A stretch of DNA of 64,000 nt. Origin: a virus (taxonomy: Duplodnaviria; Caudoviricetes). The notes under the pieces were generated by a model, which saw only the letters and a program-made list of their open reading frames with translations, did no database searches and was not told the DNA's origin. Every line of letters starts with the position of its first letter. Position 1 is the stretch's first letter. The stretch is taken from positions 1 through 64,000 of IMG/VR virus record IMGVR_UViG_3300028591_000087. One strand, written 5' to 3'. Shown in pieces: positions 18,375 through 28,602 of this stretch. The translations under genes and the position numbers were made by a program.

Positions 18375-18527
18375 ACTTGGGTGTGCTATTACGCCAAAGG
18401 AAGCCGCCATTATCCATAAGGCACCGTACATAGGACGACTAGTTTGCGTAGCCTATGATGGCTTTTTCGCCGCTGGGGCATCCCCACTCCTTAGCTGATG
18501 GCTGCTTTTAAGCCTACAGTCCCAAGT
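18375..18527 (-). ncRNA. RNA resembling the 23S rRNA L11-binding domain (H43/H44)
   Basis: GUAGGCUUAAAAGCAGCCAUCAGCUAAGGAGU...GCGUAAUAGCACAC inside an ACUUGGG/CCCAAGU stem. Confidence 0.62.
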
Positions 18528-18658
18528 GGTCTGGAGGGTTTTCCCGCGTAGCAACGGTTATCCTTCTCCATGCAGGTTTGATTTCTGGAGCTCAACCTAC
18601 TGAACGTCTCCGAAGCCTTTTCTAATTCGATTTCTCCTATTCGGTAGCTACATTGGCC

Positions 18659-18734
18659 TGGTCCGGGGTGACGGGCTCGAACCGCCGACTTCCTGCTTGT
18701 AAGGCAGGCGCTCTCCCAGCTGAGCTAACCCCGG
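18659..18734 (-). tRNA. tRNA-Val(UAC)
   Basis: Loop CU-UAC-AA. Confidence 0.92.
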
Positions 18735-18870
18735 ATAAAATGAACAGTGCAAGCGGTGATCTTGCCAAACGCGGTATCGCCTATATCCGTGCAGCGAGCG
18801 TTGGTAACCATCCAACGGCTTCCACCCACTGCATGGGGATTCGAACCCCTACACTACGTTCCTGTCGAAG

Positions 18871-18943
<73 letters not shown>

Positions 18944-19178
18944 ATAAAGATCATATGGTTAGCGTTTGGCGATCGTGCCAGTTAACGCCAGCCCCGTGTT
19001 CTTACTAACCTTTGTACGATTTATCGCGATTTACGTACTCGGCTTACTAGCCTCAGCTTTCAGAGCGTTGCCCCATGTGTCATATTTGGAAACCAGAGAG
19101 ATTTTCTTTAGGGCTTTTGCCCTTCCCTCATCTTCCTTATATATAATATCAAAAATTTTTAAAGTTTTCAAATGACTC

Positions 19179-19400
19179 TTAGCTTAGCGCGATTACGGAG
19201 TTCATATCCCAGATACAAATATCCATAAAATCTGCACCCTCACCAAATAATTCATTAAAATATTTGGCCGCACGAGAGTAATCTTCAGTACCATCTTTCT
19301 CTTTAGTCGCATCCCGCATAAAGATTGCATCGGCATGCCGAGCATCTTTAATGGCATTGACAAACATATAGATTTTTTGGATCCTCTCTTGATTTGTCAT
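19179..19400 (-). CDS. Hypothetical protein
   Basis: AGGAGG RBS. Confidence 0.65.
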   Translation of the reverse strand: MTNQERIQKIYMFVNAIKDARHADAIFMRDATKEKDGTEDYSRAAKYFNELFGEGADFMDICIWDMNSVIALS

Positions 19401-19424
19401 TTGAAAACCTCCTTTTGACATTAT

Positions 19425-19500
19425 TGGTCGGGCACCCTGGATTCGAACCAGGGACCAGCTGTTTATAAGACAGCCACTCTTACCACTGAGTTAGTGCCCG
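19425..19500 (-). tRNA. tRNA-Ile(UAU)
   Basis: Loop CU-UAU-AA. Confidence 0.88.
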
Positions 19501-19503
19501 ATA

Positions 19504-19836
19504 TGGTGGAGCTGACGGGAATTGAACCCGTGTCCGAACCACAACACATATCAAGAAATACTTACGCGATAGCCAGATTTAGGTGATGGCGCACACAAAG
19601 GATAAACCGGATATCTCCACCACTCGCCTTTTAGGTTAGCGAGAAACCACGAGCCAAGGATTCTTTGATCCGCAAGTGTTTACCTCTTGGCAGGACACTG
19701 TTTAGGAGTCTCAGCCTTATCAGGCAGCGAGACGATCTTCGAAATAATTGTCAATTCTTTTTCTTTGCTGCTTAAGGCGCACCGCCTACCCGCGTTCTTG
19801 ATACTCATCATGACCCGTCGAAACCAAATCAGCCCC
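19504..19836 (-). ncRNA. ssrA: tmRNA
   Basis: 5' GGGGCUGAUUUGGUUUCGAC; 3' GGUUCAAUUCCCGUCAGCUCCACCA; tag frame DNYFEDRLAA followed by two stops. Confidence 0.93.
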
Positions 19837-20033
19837 ATAAAAATGGTGACCACTCGCGTCCCACCACCCTGTTCTACTTGCTTATTGGTCAAATGATTTC
19901 GTTACTTAATCTGTTCTTCGGTTGTTCTACTTTCGCTTGCGTTCATCAGTAGCCTTCACAGATAGTCCATGCCTCACTAAATCTCCCAAATCGTCTAAGT
20001 AGTCATGCGCCTAAGCCTTGTCCGTCACCAGAG

Positions 20034-20105
20034 AGCCACCGGTGGGAGTCGGACCCACGATCTCTCGCTTACCAAGCGATTGCTCTACCACTGAGCTACG
20101 ACGGC
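20034..20105 (-). tRNA. tRNA-Thr(GGU)
   Basis: Loop UU-GGU-AA. Confidence 0.87.
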
Positions 20106-20484
20106 ATGTGCGCAAGGAACAAGTAGTTAGGTGATTTGTTAAGGCCCTAGCCATTAACTGTTCCTCACTTTATCTTTCTTTCTTTTTTTACGACATATAG
20201 AAAGATACAAAGTAATGTCGAATACAAACTGCATGGGAGTCTCCTGCCATGCAGGCGTAATCAATCCTCATAAAGTTCAGGCTCAATGCCGAACTCGGCA
20301 CAAGCTTCCTCGAACCAGTCAAACTCATCATCACGATAAGCCTGACGTCCAGCTTCAGAAGAGAATACAGTAGAAGAATACCAACCATTGATGCCCATAA
20401 TCAGTTCCTCCTTCGAAGTCTCTTATGTGTTCCTCAACCTTACATATATATAATATCAAAATTTTTTAAAGTTTTCAAATGACT

Positions 20485-20655
20485 TTATCCTTCGTTGGAA
20501 TCAAGCATCTTAATCAACCATACATGTTTCCAGTTAAGGATCGCAAGAAGATTATCTTCTGCGTCATAAAGTTCACACCAGTCGCTACCGCAAGATTCCC
20601 AATGATCCGCAGTCTTGAATTCGATATACTCAGAAGCGTTGTAATAAACTCTCAT
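20485..20655 (-). CDS. Hypothetical protein
   Basis: AAGGAG RBS. Confidence 0.55.
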   Translation of the reverse strand: MRVYYNASEYIEFKTADHWESCGSDWCELYDAEDNLLAILNWKHVWLIKMLDSNEG

Positions 20656-20709
20656 TTGAATACTCCTTTCGATAAAAAAGGTGTCACACCAAAGCATGAC
20701 ACCAATAGC

Positions 20710-21009
20710 TCACAGACCCAATTCATTCATCAGACGTTCCAACGTCGCTTGTTCATCCTCGCTCATCTCAACAGGACTTGCGCTCGTTGCGGGTGCTGGC
20801 TCGTCTTCATCAAAATTGAGATCTCCACCATGTCCATTGAATGTCACCGGGGTTTTCGGACAAGTCATACTGATCGCAATCTGTACAACCTCTCCATTTT
20901 CTTTGCTATTGAAGTAATACTTTTTATCTTGTTCGCCCAAATAATCTGCTCCAACCGCAGCCGCAAAACGTTTTATTAATGCGGCCTTTGCTTCATTGCC
21001 TTTCGCCAT
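20710..21009 (-). CDS. Hypothetical protein with acidic C-terminus
   Basis: Promoter and RBS; MAKGNEAK start. Confidence 0.7.
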   Translation of the reverse strand: MAKGNEAKAALIKRFAAAVGADYLGEQDKKYYFNSKENGEVVQIAISMTCPKTPVTFNGHGGDLNFDEDEPAPATSASPVEMSEDEQATLERLMNELGL

Positions 21010-21065
21010 TTTCAAAGTTCCTTTCTTACTTTCTGAAAATATAATATCATATTTTTTTATGAAAA

Positions 21066-22409
21066 TCAATCATTTTCTCTTTGATGATGTGATCTATAAC
21101 ACTCATAGCACAAATACCGATCAATAGAAGAATCCCACCAAAGATCTTCAAATGGATACACTGATCCGCACTCTTCACACTCACCCATGTTCTCTTGATC
21201 TCGGCAATTGCTACAAATCATAGAATCACTATCAGCAACACTCTTTTTATTACAACATACACAAGGCACTTCTGCGCCAGTAAATAATACGTCCGTAACA
21301 GCAGGAGGTAACTGCTCGTCATCATAATTGTATCCATATGTCATAACCCAAGGTGAATATGTATGACTCTGAATCACGTCATTAAAGTTCATAGCATTAT
21401 CCGCATTACGGATATAGTTCTTAGCAGGAACAATCTTTACTCCTTCACTACGACGTCCAGAACTTACAATGAACTTCGTTTCCATAAAGTATACAGTTTC
21501 ACCATTAATATTCATCTCACCTTTAAGGCCCCAATGATGGAACTTATGATGAACGATATAACGATTCTTAAATGTTTCCCAAGAGATAGTTGGATCGTTA
21601 TATTCATATCTGAATCTTTCCAGTTCAAGTTCCCTCTGCTCTTTGGCTTCAAAGTATTCCAGATCTCGAATCATTTCAGAAATCAATTCCAGACCACGAT
21701 CTGTATGGAAAGGATACTGGCGTCCCGCATATACGATCCTATTTTTACGATCAACGTGCAGATATACGCGCCATTTTTTATCATTCCACGGCACAGATTC
21801 AGGGAATCGAGGAAGACAAGCAGGCTCTTTGCTTTTGAGATATGCCATAATGGTACAATTATCCAACATATAGCTGATATTACCAGTGCGGTATTCTCCA
21901 TCAAGAGCGTGGCAACTACGCCATCCATGATTATTTTCACTCGCTGAAAGATAGTCCAGTGGATGAATAGACAAGCATAAAATGCCAGTAACCTTATTGG
22001 ATTGGATCAACATAGATAGCTTTTGACGCACATCTTCCGCATTCAATCCAAATTCTTTCATTAGCACTTTTGACAGTTTCATTCCACGAGGAAAATCACC
22101 ATATGGCGCCGGCAGTTTATTTTCCAGGATACCATCATAATTATCCTTAAAAAATCTATACATATCTTCGCCATATTCACGATAGACCCAGTCAATAAAC
22201 TCGTCAACCTTGGATTTCTTGCTATTTTCATCCAGATCAAATACAACGGGATCTTTCATCTCATAGATTAACGATCCTGTGCTCTGGAGGAACCACTGTT
22301 TTTGTTTTTCCCAGACTTGAAACCACTTCTCCGTATGCGGTGTCTCCGGTAAATCCTGTGACGCTTGAATTACTTGATTGAACTGGTTTTGAATTTCCTC
22401 GTACTGCAT
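21066..22409 (-). CDS. Conserved phage protein (SIHPLDY family) with C-terminal Zn ribbons
   Basis: LCLSIHPLDY..SEN..GWRSC, KKWR, CxxC repeats; paralog of 24863-26620. Confidence 0.7.
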   Translation of the reverse strand: MQYEEIQNQFNQVIQASQDLPETPHTEKWFQVWEKQKQWFLQSTGSLIYEMKDPVVFDLDENSKKSKVDEFIDWVYREYGEDMYRFFKDNYDGILENKLPAPYGDFPRGMKLSKVLMKEFGLNAEDVRQKLSMLIQSNKVTGILCLSIHPLDYLSASENNHGWRSCHALDGEYRTGNISYMLDNCTIMAYLKSKEPACLPRFPESVPWNDKKWRVYLHVDRKNRIVYAGRQYPFHTDRGLELISEMIRDLEYFEAKEQRELELERFRYEYNDPTISWETFKNRYIVHHKFHHWGLKGEMNINGETVYFMETKFIVSSGRRSEGVKIVPAKNYIRNADNAMNFNDVIQSHTYSPWVMTYGYNYDDEQLPPAVTDVLFTGAEVPCVCCNKKSVADSDSMICSNCRDQENMGECEECGSVYPFEDLWWDSSIDRYLCYECYRSHHQREND

Positions 22410-23469
22410 TTTGACAATCCTCACAAATATAGTTTTTTATGTCTACTTCTTTAAGTCTATAACTATTGAGATAATACCCTGTCCCGCACGTTTTGCACCA
22501 TGCAATCTGATGCGCAACTTTATCATGGCAATCCAAACACATGGTCAATTCGTTCTTTCCATGTTCCATTTTTACCGGAATTACCTGAGTGCTTGGCACT
22601 TCTTTGTGGCACCAGTCGCAATGCTCGAACCCAGGTTTTGGTAAAAAATTCTTGGTATACCAACTACCTTCATCATCATAATATAGATCATCATAAATCA
22701 AATTATGACGACCCATATAATTGTAGTAATAATCATATGCGGGAATATACTTATAAGCATCCATGTCCTTATGATCTTGTACATAATACAAAATCTGAGC
22801 AACTTTGTCAATAGTTTCATACAACCAATCAACATGAAGTCTTTCGACTTCATGGTGCTCGTCTTGATATCCTACTGACAAATTCACGGCCGCGAATCCC
22901 CATACTGGTGCTAACACGCTTATATCAGTAAAAGTTCCCCATTCAGTTTTGAAGCCAAATTGAGTTATAAAATCCTCAAAATCTCTGTTATCACATTCAT
23001 AATATACTGCATCATTTCTATTACGACGATCCAACTGTATCATGAATTTAAGGTCAACAGGATACTTCGGCATAGTTGCAATCAGCTTGCCTGCACCAAT
23101 ACATCCAGATTCCTCCCCAGTTGTAATGATTACATGAGGCTTTAGACGAAATCGTTTTAGTAGCATCACTATTGCAAATACGCCAGCACGGTCATCAGCT
23201 CCCGCACCATCAGGATTCCAAATTACCTCCTTCTCAGGATCATAATAGAAGTTCTCTATTGAAGGAGTCAATTTGAATACTGTATCTGCATGAGCAACCA
23301 ATGCAACTGGGATCTCACCCAGTGCATAAATATAAGAAGGAGTTACTGTCACATTATCCTGACCATATTTTGAGACCAAAAGATCCCGCATCAAAGATAG
23401 AACTCCCCGTTCGCTAAGACTACATATATTTTGATAAGTTCTGCGATCTTTGTCATTCCAAGTTGCCAT
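22261..23469 (-). CDS. M28/M20-like zinc metallopeptidase with C-terminal Zn ribbons
   Basis: AHADTV, GADDRAG, GEESG, LDRR, GYQDEH metal-ligand motifs. Confidence 0.8.
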   Translation of the reverse strand: MATWNDKDRRTYQNICSLSERGVLSLMRDLLVSKYGQDNVTVTPSYIYALGEIPVALVAHADTVFKLTPSIENFYYDPEKEVIWNPDGAGADDRAGVFAIVMLLKRFRLKPHVIITTGEESGCIGAGKLIATMPKYPVDLKFMIQLDRRNRNDAVYYECDNRDFEDFITQFGFKTEWGTFTDISVLAPVWGFAAVNLSVGYQDEHHEVERLHVDWLYETIDKVAQILYYVQDHKDMDAYKYIPAYDYYYNYMGRHNLIYDDLYYDDEGSWYTKNFLPKPGFEHCDWCHKEVPSTQVIPVKMEHGKNELTMCLDCHDKVAHQIAWCKTCGTGYYLNSYRLKEVDIKNYICEDCQNAVRGNSKPVQSSNSSVTGFTGDTAYGEVVSSLGKTKTVVPPEHRIVNL

Positions 23470-23485
23470 TTGTCACCCTCTTCTC

Positions 23486-24325
23486 TCATCTTTCTGAATA
23501 TATAGTATCATATTTTTTATTATTTTTCAAGTCAACCTCTTTATGATTAGGATGTGCGAGTTCCGCGGTCCGCACAAACATATCACAATAATGGCATCTT
23601 CCCTGCATACAAGTTTGTCCGCAGTTCACTCGTTTTAAAGCCATCTCTTCATCCAACATTGCACATGGAATACTTGATTCACAATTCTTAATTAATATAT
23701 GCAGTCCATCTGCGAAGCTTCCTTTTGTATATATATCAATTAAGGCTTTTTCTCTTTCAGGATCGACATCATAAAGTTCAATTACATCGACATATGGTTC
23801 ATAGTAGGGTAGCCATTGCGGGATAATCCAGAAATGGAATAAACCTGGGTCTTTTGATTTAAAATTATTCCACTCCGTTGGGCGACCTATTGAGGGATGC
23901 ACTCGGATAGAGGCGGGCGATTCGAAGTGATCTAGACATTCTTGAACTTTTGGTAACATAAAAGTCAAAGGTTCAGTTAGCATAATAGAACATGGATTCA
24001 TCCAAAGCAAATACCGCAACTCATTAAAGTTTGTAACAGGATAATGGTACATTGCTTTATTATTAAACCCGTTTTGGCGCAAACTTTTTAAATCATCAAT
24101 TGAATATAGGTCCAATATGATGTTTGGATTTTCAGTTCCAATTGCAGTTAGCTTGTCCGCACTAACATTGCAACGTACTATATCTCGAATCTCAATTATA
24201 ATTTTCTTATCTGGATATTTTTCAGATGCTTCCAATGCTTGATCCAATTTATTGATAGAGTATCTTATTTCATCTACTTTATCAACTTTAGCTGGTATTG
24301 CGTGATATGATGCACAAATTTTCAT
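23486..24325 (-). CDS. Hypothetical protein, possibly U32-peptidase-like with Cys cluster
   Basis: WIIPQWL..Y..YVD and NCGQTCMQGRCHYC; weak resemblance only. Confidence 0.4.
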   Translation of the reverse strand: MKICASYHAIPAKVDKVDEIRYSINKLDQALEASEKYPDKKIIIEIRDIVRCNVSADKLTAIGTENPNIILDLYSIDDLKSLRQNGFNNKAMYHYPVTNFNELRYLLWMNPCSIMLTEPLTFMLPKVQECLDHFESPASIRVHPSIGRPTEWNNFKSKDPGLFHFWIIPQWLPYYEPYVDVIELYDVDPEREKALIDIYTKGSFADGLHILIKNCESSIPCAMLDEEMALKRVNCGQTCMQGRCHYCDMFVRTAELAHPNHKEVDLKNNKKYDTIYSER

Positions 24326-24380
24326 TCTTTCAACTCCAATAACCCGGCTCCGGGAATGGAGCCGGGTTGTTTTTTCATTT

Positions 24381-24797
24381 TTAATGCTTAACGACCTGAT
24401 AGAAGGTGGTCCGACGATTGCCTTTATCGGTTTTCACATTCTCAACCGTCTTGCTGATCTCATCGTTCTTAAACAGAACGCCGAGTCGATAGACGATTTT
24501 CTGCGCAGACGCGCCATCAATCTTAGCCACAATATCTGCAACACTCATCGGCGCATCAGCGTCTGTGAGGATCTGCATAATATTCGCGCTCATGGTATCA
24601 TCCTTCGCGCGATGCGCTTGCTGATATTTCTTGCTCTTGGCTGCACGCATATCCATCAGTTCAACCTCGTGGTCAATAAACTCAAGCAGTTTCTCCTGCC
24701 CAATAGGATCATCAGATGTAAAACTGGATCCTTCAACCATCGCTCGCAGATAGTTATAACAATCTTTCTTCGTGATTTTCACGTCCGGGTTCGCCAT
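24381..24797 (-). CDS. Winged-HTH protein, paralog family member 1
   Basis: C-terminal MSVADIVAKI...SAQKIVYRLGVL...F. Confidence 0.65.
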   Translation of the reverse strand: MANPDVKITKKDCYNYLRAMVEGSSFTSDDPIGQEKLLEFIDHEVELMDMRAAKSKKYQQAHRAKDDTMSANIMQILTDADAPMSVADIVAKIDGASAQKIVYRLGVLFKNDEISKTVENVKTDKGNRRTTFYQVVKH

Positions 24798-24862
24798 AAT
24801 TTAAGTTCTCCTTTTAATCTTTTTTCTTATATTATACCACATTTTTTTCAGGTTTGCAATTA

Positions 24863-26620
24863 TTAGGCGGTTTCCTCGCCTTTGGTAAAATCCTTCTTGA
24901 ACGCTTCCCAGTTAGCACTCCAGAATTCTCTCACCAGTCTTGCAGTTTCAATATCTTCCGCGTCTGCCCAGGAAACAGTCGGAACAGTAATTCCGAAGTT
25001 ATAGAGAGTCGGACGAGTCAGATTATATGCAGACTCTTCGGTGTGATAACGAGGATCCGGGATATTTATCTGATGTCCATTCTTATCGGTCACATGAATG
25101 ATGTGCTTACCCTTCATGCAGGACTTGCATAGCAAGACCTCTTCAGTGGTTCGAGGACTCCACCGGATGTTACGCCACAGACGATAGCCAGGCATATCAG
25201 ATGTGAAGATCTTGGGTTCATTATCCCATCTAACTATACCATACTTGTCGATCCAGTCAGCAATTACCTCTTTACTGATCGGCATAACAACCGCAGTCAT
25301 TTCTTCACGACGCTCCAATGCCCCACAGTTTTCGCATTCTCTGTATCTATCGTTAAAGCAAGATTCACAGTAGATGAGACCGTCAGGACCAACTACTGAA
25401 TCCTCTTCGTCGACTTCACAACCGCATATGTCACAGTATTTGCGACCATCGCAGTCACGGCAAATCAGAGTGTCGGCACTCTGCTCTTCGTACTCGATTT
25501 CACATCCGCAGACCATGCACTCAGCAGGACCACTGATGTTAATAGTACCAGGCAGATTGCTCATCTTAGAGCCAGCACGGAAGCATCCAATGATGTCATC
25601 GTCACCCAGGTCATTGTACATATAGTTGGTGTAGAAATCCACACAACGATCAGTGTCACGACGGTACTGATAGAAGTCGGTGTGGACATCTTCATAAGTC
25701 CAACCATACGCATTGCCAACCAGCTCTTTAACCCAGTTGATGCACTGGATCGCAAAGTTTTCCTGATGGTAAGGGTAGTGACGGTTGCAAAGGATCACGT
25801 CTTTGGTAACAATGATCCAAGCACGCCATTTCTTGGAGTTCCAGTCATCGTCTCTAAGAATGGACATATGCTGTTTGTCGCTACGAAGATAGGCGCAGAT
25901 TACCATAGGGCTATTCATCATCTCGACGGTGCCCAGACGATAGCAACCCTCTTCACGCCAAGACATACAGCTAGACCAGCCATTCGCATTATCAGAAGCG
26001 GTAGCGTAGTCAAGAGGATGGATAGAAAGGCACAGAGTACCCTTCAGTTTCTTCTGGTTCAGAACCTGGGAATGAGCGATGCGGAATTTCTCCCACTGTT
26101 CGGTCATACCCAGCTGGGCGCACAGCTGACTCATAGCACGAGTAATCTTCATACCCTGCTGGAGCTGAACTTTGCGACCATTGTCAAATTCGACAGTGAA
26201 GGACTTAATGTCTTCGTAGTCATACCAAGTGCTTCCCGGATTCTGGACCTTGCGATAGCCCAGATACAGAGTATTCTCTACCATAGTACCGGCATTCTCG
26301 ATGCCATTGGTAATGGCGTCCCGCACCGCAATGAAGTCATAGTTGCGCGCATTCACCGGAATGTTGGTGAACGCACGATAGAAGTTGCTAATGAACTCAG
26401 ACTGCTCCTGGATCATCTGGCGCATATCAGAACGCAGGTCATCCTCGTTCTTGAGATATTCAACCTCACGCTCAAGGATCAATTTGTCCCCAAACAGGGG
26501 AGCCAGATACTGACCCTTATTCTCACGCCAGAACCGGAGCAGGTAATCCACATCACAGAAATCTTCATTATGGGAATGGGCATTCTCTTTACGGTAAGCA
26601 TCAAACAGTTCAAACATCAT
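24863..26620 (-). CDS. Conserved phage protein (SIHPLDY family) with Zn ribbons
   Basis: LCLSIHPLDY..SDN..GWSSC, KKWR, multiple CxxC. Confidence 0.72.
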   Translation of the reverse strand: MMFELFDAYRKENAHSHNEDFCDVDYLLRFWRENKGQYLAPLFGDKLILEREVEYLKNEDDLRSDMRQMIQEQSEFISNFYRAFTNIPVNARNYDFIAVRDAITNGIENAGTMVENTLYLGYRKVQNPGSTWYDYEDIKSFTVEFDNGRKVQLQQGMKITRAMSQLCAQLGMTEQWEKFRIAHSQVLNQKKLKGTLCLSIHPLDYATASDNANGWSSCMSWREEGCYRLGTVEMMNSPMVICAYLRSDKQHMSILRDDDWNSKKWRAWIIVTKDVILCNRHYPYHQENFAIQCINWVKELVGNAYGWTYEDVHTDFYQYRRDTDRCVDFYTNYMYNDLGDDDIIGCFRAGSKMSNLPGTINISGPAECMVCGCEIEYEEQSADTLICRDCDGRKYCDICGCEVDEEDSVVGPDGLIYCESCFNDRYRECENCGALERREEMTAVVMPISKEVIADWIDKYGIVRWDNEPKIFTSDMPGYRLWRNIRWSPRTTEEVLLCKSCMKGKHIIHVTDKNGHQINIPDPRYHTEESAYNLTRPTLYNFGITVPTVSWADAEDIETARLVREFWSANWEAFKKDFTKGEETA

Positions 26621-26683
26621 TTATCCCTCACTTTCTATAAATATAATATCATTTTTTTTTAATGTTTTCAAGTGACTGTGGAG

Positions 26684-27541
26684 TTAGACCAGACGGCAGT
26701 ACCACACTACCGTCTGCTTAACACCATTGTATTCCTTGTGTTCCTTCACTTTCATGCGCATCGTTACAGTTTTTCCTTCAGCCAGATCCTTGGAGGAGCT
26801 GTTCCAAACATAAACGTTCTTGTCAGCATCTTCCATGATGTGCATATGATTGGAACCATACCGAGTGTCGAACTTCATATTCCGTTTGATAGTCACTTCT
26901 TTGACTATCCACTCGCCCACATTACCCTGATATTCAGAAACACTTGGAGTAGCGATCAAAGCATTGACATATGCAGTAACGAAGTCTTCACTCTTCATAG
27001 CCAGGTTTTCAGCATCTTCCGGATCCCGCACTTCATCCCAGTCCAGCCGGATCGCTTCGATGCCTTCGGGCAGATCTTCGGGCACTTCCATCTTGGAAGG
27101 AGTATACCACTTGAAAGTGGTGTTGAACCAGGCCGCACGGTGACCTTCTTCATCAATAGTGAAAGACTTGAAATACTCAGAGATCTCTTCACTATTGCCC
27201 TTATACAGGGTGATATAGCCGGCTTCACCAAAACCGAAGGCGTTGCGGGCAGCGAATTTTACACGCTTCTGCTCGGCTTTTATAGCCTTAGCTTCAGCGC
27301 GCTTCTCTGCCGCACGATCCTGGCGGGCACGCTCAGCATCAGTATACCAGCGTACAACGATCTGCTTTTTACCAGATCCACCACAACCGTAGCACCGGCT
27401 ACCATCCATAGAGTTCCAGGAATAGTGACCGGATCCACCACAGCGCGGACAGTTACCAAACAGTTTTACGAACATTTTGCCATCTTCCAGGAAGGGTTCA
27501 CCGATCATTTCCATATTTTCGTAAGATTTTGCAACCGCCAT
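26684..27541 (-). CDS. DnaJ-type Zn-finger plus probable OB-fold protein
   Basis: CPRCGGSG...CYGCGGSG; C-terminal VKEHKEYNGVKQT. Confidence 0.65.
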   Translation of the reverse strand: MAVAKSYENMEMIGEPFLEDGKMFVKLFGNCPRCGGSGHYSWNSMDGSRCYGCGGSGKKQIVVRWYTDAERARQDRAAEKRAEAKAIKAEQKRVKFAARNAFGFGEAGYITLYKGNSEEISEYFKSFTIDEEGHRAAWFNTTFKWYTPSKMEVPEDLPEGIEAIRLDWDEVRDPEDAENLAMKSEDFVTAYVNALIATPSVSEYQGNVGEWIVKEVTIKRNMKFDTRYGSNHMHIMEDADKNVYVWNSSSKDLAEGKTVTMRMKVKEHKEYNGVKQTVVWYCRLV

Positions 27542-27685
27542 CCAAATCAACCCCTCTCTCAACTTTCATATATATTATATAATAATTTTTTATAAAAATC
27601 AATGAAGCACAAAGTGACTTAGGTGTTCGAGTGCAAAAAAGAAGCCGGCATATAGTATGCCGGCAGGTGTTAATCTGAGGGGAGA

Positions 27686-28039
27686 TTACTCTGCCACCTT
27701 AAACAGAGTAACCTTCTTCTCTCCCTCAGCCTTCACGAGGGTACCCTCGTCCACCAACTGCTTGAGCAGGGCGGAAGCCTTCTGAGTGGAAAGCTCGAAG
27801 TGCTCGGCGACATCCTTGGCGCGCACGCCATCGGTGCCGGTGACGAAATCAGCCAGCTTCACCTTGAGCTCAGCGTTCTCCCGCTGAGTCTTGGTGGGCT
27901 TGCGGGTACCAGACTTGGCATTCCGCTTTTCGAGTGAAGCCTTGAGAGCTTCCAGCTTCTCACGAACTTCATCGGTCAGTTCAAAACCATCGAGAACAGA
28001 TTCCAGGGCGGCGGTGTAAGTTAGACGGGTCTTTTCCAT
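27686..28039 (-). CDS. Winged-HTH protein, paralog family member 2
   Basis: EKRN..KPTKTQ.EN..LK...STQKASALLKQLVDEG. Confidence 0.75.
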   Translation of the reverse strand: MEKTRLTYTAALESVLDGFELTDEVREKLEALKASLEKRNAKSGTRKPTKTQRENAELKVKLADFVTGTDGVRAKDVAEHFELSTQKASALLKQLVDEGTLVKAEGEKKVTLFKVAE

Positions 28040-28602
28040 AAGCGTTACCTCTTTCTCTGTTTTTAAGGGTTTGTCAGCTCCCTCATCTTTCATATATATA
28101 TTATCAAAATTTTTTTATGTTTTCAAGTCACTATGAAGATTGGTTAGGTCTATCGGAGAATATTATTGCCTTGCAAGCAAGGGACTTATAACCTTAGTTC
28201 CTAACCAATTGGGTAGGAAAGTAAACCACTCCCACCCAGGATTACGTTATTCGGCAATTAAGGCGAGTTAGTTTTCGCCACCAGCCGATCGGAGCTACCG
28301 CATGTTCAGCGATTATTTAAGGAACTATTCAGTTTCCACTCCTGCCACAGATCCATGCTGTGACGCCACGCCGTAGATCATTTGATATAGCGCTTCCTAC
28401 GGCACGCGCTACAAGTTTACTCTCATTTAGGAGGAGCCCATGCTATCGAAGGGCAGTCACATCGTCACATGAATCAACTACACACGATGTGGATGCGGCT
28501 ATTGAGGGCGCCGTACTCACTTACGCGGATTTCGTTTTACCGAACCGGGACGCGTGCCCTGCAGTCTTTCGCTTAAGCACCCACTGCCATTTGGTTTGCT
28601 AA

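Noticed and set aside
18375-18527. True rRNA gene or host contamination
   Set aside because: Only about 45 nt resemble 23S rRNA, split by an insert and embedded among phage tRNAs.
19020-19050. Sarcin-ricin loop mimic (AGUACGUAA on the minus strand)
   Set aside because: The match is too short and the flanking pairing does not fit.
25682-27595. Long plus-strand ORFs of 326 and 307 aa
   Set aside because: They are antisense to well-supported minus-strand genes and have no motifs or RBS.
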